A stretch of 64,000 nucleotides of DNA from assembly GCA_963800015.1 (NCBI GenBank), contig CAWCZE010000001.1, forward strand, positions 5,111 to 69,110, in the 5' to 3' direction. How positions within the stretch are numbered: position 1 is the stretch's first letter; every line of letters starts with the position of its first letter. The DNA comes from an uncultured Verrucomicrobiae bacterium (lineage in GTDB: Bacteria > Verrucomicrobiota > Verrucomicrobiia > Chthoniobacterales > UBA10450). Shown in pieces: positions 1 to 8,484 of the stretch. Under the pieces are notes generated by a model. The model did not search any database. It was given only the letters and a program-made list of their open reading frames with translations, and had not been told where the DNA came from. The translations under genes were made by a program, and so were the position numbers.

Positions 1-157
1 CTGACAAATTTATTTCGTCGGCGGTGCGCTTCGCATTTCCTTCGCTCCGACTCACGCACGCGACCCGCGCGCCTTCGGCTGCAAGCCGCAGCGCGATCGC
101 ATGTCCGATCCCCCGCCCCGCACCGGTGACAATCGCATTTTGATTCTCAAATCGCAT
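1..157 (-). CDS. short-chain dehydrogenase/reductase (FabG-like), N-terminal part; gene continues past the window start
   Basis: Minus-strand translation from the ATG at 157 gives MRFENQNAIVTGAGRGIGHAIALRLAAEGARVACVSRS..., with the TGxxxGxG Rossmann motif. It is too short for the ORF track. Confidence 0.6.
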   Translation of the reverse strand, partial: MRFENQNAIVTGAGRGIGHAIALRLAAEGARVACVSRSEGNAKRTADEINLS

Positions 158-246
158 CGCAGACTATTCCACGCGATGAATACCCTTTATGCAAGTGGGA
201 ACGCGTTCGCAACCGTCCAAATCTCGGACCGCTCGCAAGTTCGCAA

Positions 247-283
247 ACCAAAAAAATTTGCGGCAGCCCGTTGGGACTGCCGC
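247..283 (-). terminator. rho-independent terminator closing the minus-strand accessory block
   Basis: GC hairpin GCGGCAG(CCCGTTGGGA)CTGCCGC at 260-283. On the minus strand it is followed by a run of 7 T (A-run at 250-256 on plus). Confidence 0.55.
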
Positions 284-418
284 AAAAGCTTTCGGTAGGA
301 ATCGATCAATTACCGGCCGCCATTATTCGTGGTCGTTTCCGGTATCGTTAAGCAGATCATCTTTTTTGCCTAGCGAATTCATCGACTTGCGTGATGTTCC
401 AGGCTCGCGGGTTGTCGG

Positions 419-742
419 CTATATTGGTGGTCGCTCCGTTCGTAGCTTGAACCCGGCGCCATAGTGGTCTTTTTGGCCGGTTCCCTTGGCCGGTTCAGTT
501 CCGGTCATTTCGCCGCGGTTCTTATGACTTTGATTCTGAGTGGTTTTCTTCTTCGTCTTGGCCGACGTGGCGATGTCGTTATTCGCGTTGGTGTCGTTCG
601 TCGCCGAAACAGAGGTTGAATTGTCCCTCTGGTTACTCCCGCCGCCGGTTCCCGTCTCAGTTCGCGCCTGGGCGAACGCGAGGGTCGGGAGCGCCAAACC
701 TGCTGCCAAAATTACAGCTAAGATTGTTTTCCCCTTCATCAT
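419..742 (-). CDS. small secreted low-complexity protein (signal peptide; N/T/K-rich)
   Basis: Part of ORF 419..853. The likely start is MMKGKTILAVILAAGLALPTLAFAQA at 742, preceded by AAGGAA. No recognisable domain. Confidence 0.45.
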   Translation of the reverse strand: MMKGKTILAVILAAGLALPTLAFAQARTETGTGGGSNQRDNSTSVSATNDTNANNDIATSAKTKKKTTQNQSHKNRGEMTGTEPAKGTGQKDHYGAGFKLRTERPPI

Positions 743-963
743 GTTGTGTTCCTTCTTGTTATTGTTTTGGTTCGTAGTTGTCCGGCTGATACGCGACCGT
801 TTCTCAACTCTTGAGATATAAGTTGTGACTCCGGACCCCTGACGAGCGTTCAAACCTGCGACGTCAGCAAAATTCTGATTCGAGGAACGGAATCAGTCTC
901 AGGTGTGGTTAGAAAAGAAAAATGAAAAGCAGGCGAGAAGACGCTTGTGTTGCGCCGGCGGGG

Positions 964-1626
964 TCAACGAAAGAAACGTGGTAATACCACACCAAGAAAA
1001 TCGCTAAGGCCGTGGCCGATCATGTTTGCCACAAGATCGCGACGCCAAACATAGAATACTGTCGCGATCGTCCCAAGCACCAACGCAATGATGATATTCG
1101 GGACACCGCCAGTCCAATGGATGCCAGCAAAAATCGCGAGCGGAATTGCCGCAGAAACAACGCGGCCACAACCAATTGCCTCGAGCCGTTCGATCGCGTA
1201 ACCGCGGAAAAATAGTTCCTCGACATGATCCCCGCTCGAATGACCATCAGGGTTTTGAGCCATATCGGAATTTTGTTGAACTGGCTGAGCCAGGGCCACG
1301 ACCGTATCCGGTGAACTGGATACCATCATGAGCAGCGACTTTACAAACGCCGGCGAGAATGCATTCCATACCGAAGGGATTGGCGCCACGGCACGACGCC
1401 GAGACGAATCGAGCTTAATGGCAGCCGTTCGCCGAAACGAATCACCACGATCAGCAAGCAGCCATGGAGTGATACGGGCGACTTCTCTCCAGGCATTAGC
1501 TGAAGTTGTATCTGGCACACGAAGGGCGCGGGACCCGAATCGCAGAACGAGGAACCCGAAAAGGGCGATAAAAAGACCCACCCACGTGAATGGAGAAATT
1601 CTCGAGCGCATCGATTTAGGCGACAC
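964..1626 (-). CDS. CPBP family intramembrane metalloprotease (CAAX protease-like)
   Basis: Intact 220-aa ORF with an EELFFRGY motif and a downstream H-containing TM helix (FAGIHW...). The ATG lies 32 nt downstream of the attC R' core at 1658. Confidence 0.7.
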   Translation of the reverse strand: MSPKSMRSRISPFTWVGLFIALFGFLVLRFGSRALRVPDTTSANAWREVARITPWLLADRGDSFRRTAAIKLDSSRRRAVAPIPSVWNAFSPAFVKSLLMMVSSSPDTVVALAQPVQQNSDMAQNPDGHSSGDHVEELFFRGYAIERLEAIGCGRVVSAAIPLAIFAGIHWTGGVPNIIIALVLGTIATVFYVWRRDLVANMIGHGLSDFLGVVLPRFFR

Positions 1627-1657
1627 TAGCCATTCACTGGAAAGGCCATAATCTTCG

Positions 1658-1783
1658 GGCTAACGAGAACAGAGATGAGCGAGGGCGGTCGAGCGCATGC
1701 GTCGATCGAAGTAGAAATGTGGAAACTATGTTCAAAACCGAAGCATACGCCGGCACCTCGTTCGCTCCATCGCATGGTCAGGC
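1658..1783 (-). repeat. attC recombination site 1 (about 126 bp)
   Basis: Minus-strand reading: GCCTGAC-CATGCGATGGAGCGAACGAGG...CCCTCGCTCATCTCTGTTCTC-GTTAGCC. It begins 3 nt after the TAA of ORF 1787..1978. Confidence 0.75.
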
Positions 1784-1786
1784 GCT

Positions 1787-1978
1787 TTACCTCGCACGCA
1801 CGATATTCTTGGCTAGCGTCTTGAATCTCAGTCCATCTCTCTGCGTCACGGTAATCGTCACATGACCAGTCTTGCTAATCTTCGTATCGCTGACGATACC
1901 CGATTTTCCGGTATGAGTGCCGCCCGTGACTTTGCACTTGGCACCGTCTTTGATGTTGCTTTGTAAGTTCGTTTTCAT
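1787..1978 (-). CDS. small KOW-like hypothetical protein (63 aa)
   Basis: Part of ORF 1787..2020. The likely start is MKTNLQSNIKDGAKCKVTGGTHTGKSGIV... at 1978, and the stop abuts attC 1. Confidence 0.45.
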   Translation of the reverse strand: MKTNLQSNIKDGAKCKVTGGTHTGKSGIVSDTKISKTGHVTITVTQRDGLRFKTLAKNIVRAR

Positions 1979-2029
1979 GTGGTTTGAACATTCGCCGCTA
2001 ACGAGATACAACATCAGCAACGGCGCGAG

Positions 2030-2438
2030 TTACAACACATATCGCTGAGCCAGCCAAGAGAAGATGGCGCCGAACAGAATGAATTGAACGACCACGTATC
2101 CAGCGTCGATCGCTGCTAGCGTCAGAGTGCGCCCGGCGAACAGATAGGCGATAACATGGATGGAGTAACCCAAGCCAGACCGATGGCCGCGCCTGTGCCA
2201 AGCGCTGCGCGAAGACCCGGCCTCGGACCCACAAACGCGCCGAATACCACAGCCGCTACTAAGTCAGGGTGATCGCCAGTCCAAATAGCGTTGACCGCGC
2301 AACCCGTGGTTTGAAGTCGCGGCCGACTCCCATTTCGCGCATCCACGGTTTACTGAACAGTGGACCGTACCAAAGGCCGCCGAGGATGAAGGCCGTAACA
2401 GTCGAGACAATAACGGCAATCCAACTTATTTGAGGCAT
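2030..2438 (-). pseudogene. DUF1761-family membrane protein, spread over three frames as assembled
   Basis: The N-terminus from the ATG at 2438 is MPQISWIAVIVSTVTAFILGGLWYGPLFSKPWMREMG. The middle is in the frame of ORF 2122..2346. The C-terminus HVIAYLFAGRTLTLAAIDAGYVVVQFILFGAIFSWLAQRYVL ends at the TAA at 2030. Confidence 0.5.
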
Positions 2439-2505
2439 AATTTCGTCACGCTTGTTGGTTGAGGTTCTGCGCTCGGCTGAAAATCCGCCCTCATTGGGAC
2501 CGTGA

Positions 2506-3496
2506 TTAACTGGACGTGTATTCGTCAGCTAGCCCGTTCGCGTTAGTGCAGGATTTCAAATGCTCAAAGCTGACGAGTTGGCGCGTCGTTTGATCCCAAA
2601 GTTTCAGCTTCGCGCAAGCAAGACTCGTCCTGAGGGTGATTGTCGGCGCCTTGGCAAACGCAGGATGGGCAGCATGGCAGAGCTCCAAATTATAATTGGG
2701 AATTCCAGGGCTAAGATGATGGATGTGATGGAAGCCAATACTACCTGAAAACCACTGCAGTATTTTCGGTAGTCGATAAAACGAACTTCCGTGGAGCGCT
2801 GCCGCGCAATAGCTCCACTCCTCCGACGGTGTCCAATAAGCGTTCTCAAATTGATGCTGGATATAGAACAACCAGATTCCAATGCCGCCCCCGACTATGG
2901 TAATCAGCAGTTGGGTAATTAGAAATTCTCGCCATCCGAAAACCACACTCAGTGTCACCCATAGGCCCAATACCCAAAGGTTTGTCATCCAGACCGACCA
3001 GACCGACCGGCGAGGAGCGGTGCGGCCTGGGACGCGGTGTAAACAAAGAAAAACGAATAAAGGGGCAATCGAGAACAGAACGACCGGATTGCGTGTAATC
3101 GCGTACACACAACGGCGCCACCGCGGTGAACTTAAATATTCCTCGACTGTCATCGTCCAAACATCGCCAATCCCACGCCGACCGAGGTCCCCTGAAGTGT
3201 TGTGGTGGACGGCATGTTCCCACCGCCAATGGTAGAAGGGCATGAAAACCATCAGGCCCGCAACGGTGCCGATAATGTCGTTCGCAACTTTGGATTGTGT
3301 GAAAGATCCATGACCGCAGTCATGCATAATAATGAAGACACGAATGACCCAAAGACCGGCAAGAAGTGTAAGACAAAGAGCTAGACGTACGAAAATCTCC
3401 ACTCCAATAAATGGCGCCCCATAACAACACATACATCGCCATACTATTAGCGACCTGGATCGCGGCGCGCCAAGCAGAGCGTTTCTGGAACTGCAT
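2506..3496 (-). CDS. membrane fatty acid desaturase (three His boxes); N-terminus frame-disrupted
   Basis: ORF 2506..3432 carries HDCGH, HWRWEHAVHH and HHIHH. Upstream, another frame reads MQFQKRSAWRAAIQVANSMAMYVLLWGA, the typical desaturase N-terminus. This implies an indel near 3415-3425. Confidence 0.85.
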
Positions 3497-4154
3497 TACA
3501 CGGGCTTTAGCTCTGTTAGAGGAGGTAGTGGACCTACTTTGTCAGGTTGCGGTGCGCTAGCAGAGTTTGGAGACATATGCGGCCGATCCCGTGTCAGTCG
3601 GCTGGTGAATAGTTGAGATCGCGTTAGGGCGTCGCAACGAACCGCAGTCCCTCAGAACTTTCGCCGGCCCGAAGATGCGCTGAAACTTGGGCAGCCTAAT
3701 CGGATCCGATACTCAATTCGAGGTTTTTATGTGTAGGCCTCTACCTCACCGGAGGCCTTAGCATATATACAATCGATGCCGGTGAACGCTAATCGACCAG
3801 CCGGTGATCGTCTCAACGTCTGCTCGCCGAATCTTTGCGTCTTCGGCGAACGCTGCTGATGAGCGAGGTTGTGGTACCCGGTCAGCTGGCAACGCTGGAA
3901 GCTCAAGTGAAATCGGAAGCGATGAGAAGGCGTGTCACCATGTAAAAGATGGAGATAAGCCGCGGGCGGGGTCACTAGCAAAGACGCTGAAGTTTTTCGC
4001 AATGGGCCGTTGGTTATATCGATTGGTTAAAGGTTAAGGCCATGACATCCCGTGCACGAGAAGGCCAGAATATTAGACTCAGCTCGCAAGAAATATAAAT
4101 CGCAAATCGCTTTCTCACAAAGCGCAGGAAGATCGCCGTTCTCGATGCGCAACC

Positions 4155-4705
4155 TACTCCATCACGTTCCTCACCACAATCTTGTAGTCGAGTGACCCTG
4201 CAAGCCGTTCAAATTGCTCCCGCCCTTTGACGTTTGGACCTCCTAGCAGAACCCAATCAAGGCCAATGCGCCCATGTTCAACGGAAAATTGGACGTTGAC
4301 CGCGTTATCGTCAGTGAGTGGAACTCCGGCAGGTGTAAAGACAAAGCTGCGAAGCTATTGTCTTTGCCTGTGCTTTTGCACGAGTAAAAACGGCCGGAAT
4401 ATCCTTCACGGTAATTTCAAACTCGGTCAGCCCTGCGTAAGCGGCTGCGATCCTAGCGGAATCGTAGCCATATTGCTTACGTAAACATCTGACCGATACG
4501 ATCGGACAAAACTGACTCCACCCCGGTGAGTAATCGAGAGTCCGTAAACTGATGCACCCGTCACAGTTGCCTCGTCAAAACGCTCCCCACTAACTGTGGT
4601 GATCGTACCAGGCTCTTCGGATCGCGCGATGATAACCGTCGACAACGCAAGTAGTAACAGAGATACCAACAATTTCATTCTGGAGCCGTGTAGCGTTTCT
4701 GCCAT
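4155..4705 (-). CDS. hypothetical exported protein(s), fragmented over several frames
   Basis: ORF 4427..4705 has a signal peptide (MKLLVSLLLLALSTVIIA). Downstream segments in other frames (YGYDSARIAAAYAGLTEFEITVKDIPAVF..., ...DNAVNVQFSVEHGRIGLDWVLLGGPNVKGREQFERL) end near 4155. Confidence 0.3.
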
Positions 4706-4825
4706 CTAACGAAAATAAGCTGAGCGACCGCTGACGAGAGCGAGCCGTGTTTTGCGTTTAAGTATTGAAGTCATCGAAAGTAAATTTATCGCCGGTCAGC
4801 GGTTCGCTCCATCGCATGCTTAGGC
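4704..4825 (-). repeat. attC recombination site 2 (about 122 bp)
   Basis: Minus-strand reading: GCCTAAG-CATGCGATGGAGCGAACCGCTGACCGGCG...GTCAGCGGTCGCTCAGCTTATTTTC-GTTAGAT. It begins 9 nt after the stop at 4835. The R' core overlaps the ATG at 4705. Confidence 0.75.
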
Positions 4826-4834
4826 CTCTCACAG

Positions 4835-5429
4835 TTAAAACCCAAGTTTCGGAAACACTTCGAACACCGCGATTACCTGCACAACAAGAATGATGATCGC
4901 CATAAAAGTATGGATGCGGATGTTTACGGACCGGATACCGATCAGGCAGGCCGGTATCGCCGGGGCCCCATATATGAATGCCCCGATACCGTTGCCCTGG
5001 ATATATGGCCAGCCTCCCTTCAGCCACGCGTCGACAATGTCCGCGAACGTCGCGATCAAATAGAGAGGATAGAACCATTGTCGCTTGGACAAAAAGTATC
5101 TCATCCAAGTCCTCGATCGTAGCCCATTCGCGCGGAAGCAGGAGCACGGCGAGGAGAAAGAGAATAACGGCATAACTAATGATGAAAAAATAATGCAGCA
5201 GAGTCCAGCTCTTCAGGAGCGCCAGAAGTCGAAATTCCCACCCCCAGAAAGATACCATCCAAATAAACAGGATTAGTAGCCAGGTAGCGTGCGGCCAGCT
5301 CAGGCGCAGGCGCGCTCCATGTCCGGTAATGCGCTCGATGGCCGAGCCTACCCCGATGAGGATATAGGTGATGCCAAGACCGATAATGATCGACGTAAGC
5401 ACCATCACATGCTGGAACTGATCGTTCAT
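4835..5429 (-). CDS. multi-pass membrane protein of unknown function (one frame change needed near 5095)
   Basis: The N-terminal half comes from ORF 4758..5429. The C-terminal half comes from ORF 4835..5173 (...YFLSKRQWFYPLYLIATFADIVDAWLKGGWPYIQ...). Both halves are hydrophobic. Confidence 0.55.
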
Positions 5430-5765
5430 TGGAGTGCTTTAGGTGCTAACGAATTCATATCCAGGGAACACGCCGTGGCGCGCGATTATCTTTTTCCTCC
5501 AGTTGCGCGGCCCTTTGGCGGCGCGAGTTCGGTGAACTTGATACGCATGCGGAGGTGGCGCGGATGTAGAGTTTTTTCATGAACATTTGAAGTTATCGCC
5601 GAAACAAATGCGATTCACGTCGCAACGCTTATTCCAAGATCGAAAGTCGTGCGATTGAAATCATCTTCGAACTCGCCTGGTCGCCGGCTGTTCTGGTGTC
5701 GATAGTGAGCTCTGACCCCGCTTTGCTGCCCCAAACTTACTCTGCGCTGTCAACGATATTCTTGG

Positions 5766-5831
5766 GTCTAACGAGAACAAGATAAGCCACTCCGAAAGCT
5801 TTCGCGAGTTGGCTTCATGGTTTGGTTAGAT
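5766..5831 (-). repeat. attC recombination site 3 (short, about 66 bp)
   Basis: Minus-strand reading: ATCTAAC-CAAACCATGAAGCCAACTCGCGAAAGCTTTCGGAGTGGCTTATCTTGTTCTC-GTTAGAC. The stem AAGCCAACTCG/CGAG-TGGCTT has one bulged base. Confidence 0.7.
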
Positions 5832-5919
5832 CTTTGGCGGCGGCGGAGGCAGACAACCGTTTTGTCTCTAATTCGTTTGTCCAACGCAAGACTCTGGGGA
5901 CGCGATTATGACATCGTGA

Positions 5920-6153
5920 CTATTGCCGGACACTGATCACCCACGTTGGGTGGTTTCCTACCCTCCTAGCATGCTCATTCCCTTGTTGCTGCGCCTTCAT
6001 CACCGCTTGAGGGTCGTTAGCACTGAACTTCGATCCTTTCCAACCGCAGCTACAAACAGCTTGAAAAGCGGCGCCATTGGCATTGATAGCAATTATGGCA
6101 ATGACGCACAAAACGACAGTCAGGAAAAGGATGAGTATAGATCGATGTTTCAT
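5920..6153 (-). CDS. small membrane-anchored hypothetical protein (77 aa)
   Basis: Intact ORF with an N-terminal TM helix: MKHRSILILFLTVVLCVIAIIAINA. It lies between attC 4 and attC 3. Confidence 0.45.
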   Translation of the reverse strand: MKHRSILILFLTVVLCVIAIIAINANGAAFQAVCSCGWKGSKFSANDPQAVMKAQQQGNEHARRVGNHPTWVISVRQ

Positions 6154-6260
6154 AAAATTAGGTTGCCTTCTTTTGAATGATTCACCTTAACATGAAATGC
6201 TCCGGTTCGGTTGATACCTTCGACCTGACGATTCAGTTGATGGCGAGGCGTACAGCATAG

Positions 6261-6465
6261 ACCTAACGAAAACAAGCTGAGCGACCGCTACCATCGAAGA
6301 CATCACGGCCGGAGTGCGTGGCGCCGAAGACGCGAATCGCACTAGGGAAGCCGGGGACTTGGATGGAATCCAAGCGGTAGCGTGCGGTGCATTAAGTTTC
6401 AGTATCGAAGTCATCAAAAGTAAATTTTCTGCCGGTCAGCGGTTCGCTCCAGCGCTTGGTTAGAT
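6261..6465 (-). repeat. attC recombination site 4 (long, about 205 bp; paralogue of site 2)
   Basis: Minus-strand reading: ATCTAAC-CAAGCGCTGGAGCGAACCGCTGACCGGCAG...GGTAGCGGTCGCTCAGCTTGTTTTC-GTTAGGT. It begins 13 nt after the stop at 6478. Confidence 0.7.
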
Positions 6466-6477
6466 GCGGTCGAATTG

Positions 6478-6943
6478 CTATTGAATTGGTTGAAGCAAAG
6501 TCTCCTGCTCCGCGACTAAGACCCATTTGTCGCTCCGGCGGACATAAACGTGAGTATCGGCCGTCTTGCCTATGAAAGGCTTGCCATCCGCATGCTTGCC
6601 CGTGTCGATGATGCGACACGTAACACAGCGGCATCGCCGTAGATGCGTATTACCGGATCCTCGATTTGCGTGTGCGTGTCAATGTCTCCGCTGACTTGAC
6701 TCAGGGCCACAGCTTGAGCAAATCGGTATTATTTCGACGCTCACCCTTGAATGACCAAAACTGAAAATCGTCTCCGATGATCGCGTTCAACGTTACAATG
6801 TCATTCTTCTGCCACGCTTCGATCATCGCGTGGTGTAGCCGAAGAATCTCTTGCTCATCCCGTGAGTTATCAGCCGCAAGCACCGTCGCCGTAACAACCG
6901 TGGTGACGACAAGCAGGATCAACAATGTGGTAAGTCTTAGCAT
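6478..6943 (-). pseudogene. SnoaL/DUF4440-like (NTF2 fold) exported protein, three frames as assembled
   Basis: ORF 6701..6943 reads MLRLTTLLILLVVTTVVTATVLAADNSRDEQEILRLHHAMIEAWQKND... It continues in other frames as ...IEDPVIRIYGDAAVL... and ...GKPFIGKTADTHVYVRRSDKWVLVAEQETLLQPIQ, with the stop at 6478. Confidence 0.55.
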
Positions 6944-7062
6944 CTAACGAGAACAAGCTGGGCCGCCCCGACCCAAGCGGGCTCTGCTAAGAACTTCAAT
7001 CTTCTATCTTCCATCTGCTCATTCGTCTGCGGCCAGCCGTTCGCTGCATCGCCTGGTCAGAC
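6942..7062 (-). repeat. attC recombination site 5 (about 121 bp)
   Basis: Minus-strand reading: GTCTGAC-CAGGCGATGCAGCGAACGGCTGGCCGCAG...GGCGGCCCAGCTTGTTCTC-GTTAGAT. It abuts the stop at 7063, and the R' core overlaps the ATG at 6943. Confidence 0.75.
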
Positions 7063-7601
7063 TCATTGGCCAGCGGCTGTTTGCGCAGGCCGTAGTGACG
7101 GCCTCTCGTCCATCACTTGAAAGCTGTCGGTCAGCCATTTGCCGTCTCGCTTCAGCATGAGTCGAAAGACGTGTGATACCCGGTTGCCCTCAGGCGTCCC
7201 GTCGGCCTTGAGCTGATCGATGGTGTCTTGCCGCGTGTGAACTAACGCTATGTCCGGACGAATGAACCTGATCAACCGAAAGAGCAAGGGAAGCTGTTTT
7301 CGGTGTCGCATCCCCCCCGGGCGCAGCAAAAATGCGGGTCACAAATTTCTCGATTTTCTTCCTTTCCCTCCTTTTCGATTCCATACGCATTGATCCAATA
7401 GGCGCCAGGGGTGTATCCGCCATCGTGTGTGCCACATCGAACTTGCCCCAGCCCTCGTCCACGGCGTCCGTCACCACTTTCTGAATCGCAGCCACGTCCT
7501 CCGCGCTGTGCTCCCTTCTATTTTGGGCTCCGCATTTTGAGCGGATGCGAGAAGCGGAACCATCGCGACAGTAAAGCTGCCACAGTTGGGTCGTGTTTCA
7601 T
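7063..7601 (-). pseudogene. SgcJ/EcaC-like NTF2-fold protein (second SnoaL-like cassette), frame-disrupted
   Basis: Fragments are AEDVAAIQKVVTDAVDEGWGKFDVAHTMADT... (ORF 7190..7495) and ...IRFIRPDIALVHTRQDTIDQLKADGTPEGNRVSHVFRLMLKRDGKWLTDSFQVMD (ORF 7063..7329). The candidate ATG at 7601 lies 45 nt from attC 6. Confidence 0.5.
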
Positions 7602-7645
7602 TTCGAGAATGTAAGTAAAAGAGAGCCCCCGCGCTATTGTTTTGA

Positions 7646-7766
7646 GCCTAACGAGACCACGATGAGCGACGGCCACCGAAAGCGAGGATGGCTCAAATGA
7701 AAGTGATTTAATCATCTGAAATGTGAACACGCACGGCTGGCCGTTGGCTCCATCGCATGGTTAGGC
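7646..7766 (-). repeat. attC recombination site 6 (about 121 bp, best match to the canonical cores)
   Basis: Minus-strand reading: GCCTAAC-CATGCGATGGAGCCAACGGCCAGCCG...GGTGGCCGTCGCTCATCGTGGTCTC-GTTAGGC. It begins 1 nt after the stop at 7768. Confidence 0.8.
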
Positions 7767-7767
7767 G

Positions 7768-8160
7768 TCAGTGGGGCCATCCCGCGATAATAGCAACTAG
7801 ACCCAAGCCCGTAAACACGATCATCCCGCCGAGCCACGCCCAGGGTTGCGGCGCTGAAAACGGAAAACTGCGAGAGGGAGAACTGTTGTCGTAATACACG
7901 GGAATAGCGCCGCCGATCTGGCGAGAAGGAACTCCAGGAACGCCCCACATGCGACCGATGCCAGTGCCGGCATATTCGACGCCGGCGACGGAATACCTGT
8001 AAGCCACGCGTATCGAATCCGCGCTCGACTCACCAGCGGGAACGCCGGGGCCAGTGTCGGTGATGACTCCGGGCGTCCGCACGAAGAGGAATGGATTGCT
8101 CGGACGTAGCCGAACGATCAGACGCTGATTGCCAATACGATGCACGACGGCCCGAACCAT
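7768..8160 (-). CDS. DUF3592-like membrane protein
   Basis: 130-aa ORF with a beta-rich core (...RVAYRYSVAGVEYAGTG...IPVYYDNSSP...) and a C-terminal TM helix WAWLGGMIVFTGLGLVAIIAGW. The N-terminal TM may be lost to a frame change upstream. Confidence 0.55.
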   Translation of the reverse strand: MVRAVVHRIGNQRLIVRLRPSNPFLFVRTPGVITDTGPGVPAGESSADSIRVAYRYSVAGVEYAGTGIGRMWGVPGVPSRQIGGAIPVYYDNSSPSRSFPFSAPQPWAWLGGMIVFTGLGLVAIIAGWPH

Positions 8161-8484
8161 AAACTGTCACGCTTCCGCAGCGACATGCGTTTAGCTTAAC
8201 ATCACAACAGCGAGGAAGGACATCCAAATGGCAGACGCTTACATTGAACCAAAGCCCACCGTCCGACATGAGCATGACGCCATTGATCACTATGTGATCG
8301 AGCACGCAAACGGCGCAAAAATAGCGGGCCATAAAAACCACAAGGAGAGGCGATCCAAGCTGCAAGGCAAGCGGGCACCATCCGCTTGTCGCTCGCGTCC
8401 GTGGCACTGATAAGGGAAACGCTGATCATTTGCGGTCGTCGGAACGACAATCCGAGCCGAGGGATTGCTGAACATAAAAGGCGA

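Larger units (their letters stand above)
964..8199 (-). mobile_element. integron-type gene cassette array (at least 6 attC sites), no integrase in window (CALIN-like)
   Basis: Six related imperfect palindromes have RYYYAAC/GTTRRRY ends. Each starts 1-13 nt after the stop of a minus-strand ORF. All cassette ORFs are co-oriented, and GC is visibly lower than in the flanks. Confidence 0.75.

Noticed and set aside
836-915. Possible attC downstream of the CPBP cassette (CCTGACGAGCG...GGTGTGGTTAGAA).
   Set aside because: It has R-box-like ends. Internally, though, it folds as two independent small hairpins (CTGACG/CGTCAG and CTGATTC/GAATCAG). It also lacks the conserved L-box (GAGCGAAC/GTCGCTC) of the six confident sites.
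1996-2035. GCTAACGAGATACAAC...GAGTTACAA between the DUF1761 stop and the KOW-like start, which resembles an attC left end.
   Set aside because: It is only about 40 bp, below known attC sizes, with no L-box pairing. I kept it only as a weak candidate inside a finding.
3580-4150. ORFs 3727..4002 (-) and 3804..4037 (+), an AGGCCTC/GAGGCCT hairpin at about 3733-3768, and GGTTAAGGC at about 4031-4040.
   Set aside because: Neither ORF looks protein-like. The hairpin lacks a T-run on either strand. The GTTAAGG-like core has no convincing partner.
5430-5765. Gap of about 335 bp between the membrane-protein cassette ORF and attC 3, with GCTAACGAATTC at about 5446 and fragmentary ORFs (MKKLYIRATSA..., ...MRIKFTELAPPKGRATGG..., ...KIIARHGVFPGYEFVST).
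   Set aside because: There is no partner core or L-box for an attC. The ORF pieces are short, lie in three frames and match no family I recognise. It may be a decayed cassette, but that is unsupported.
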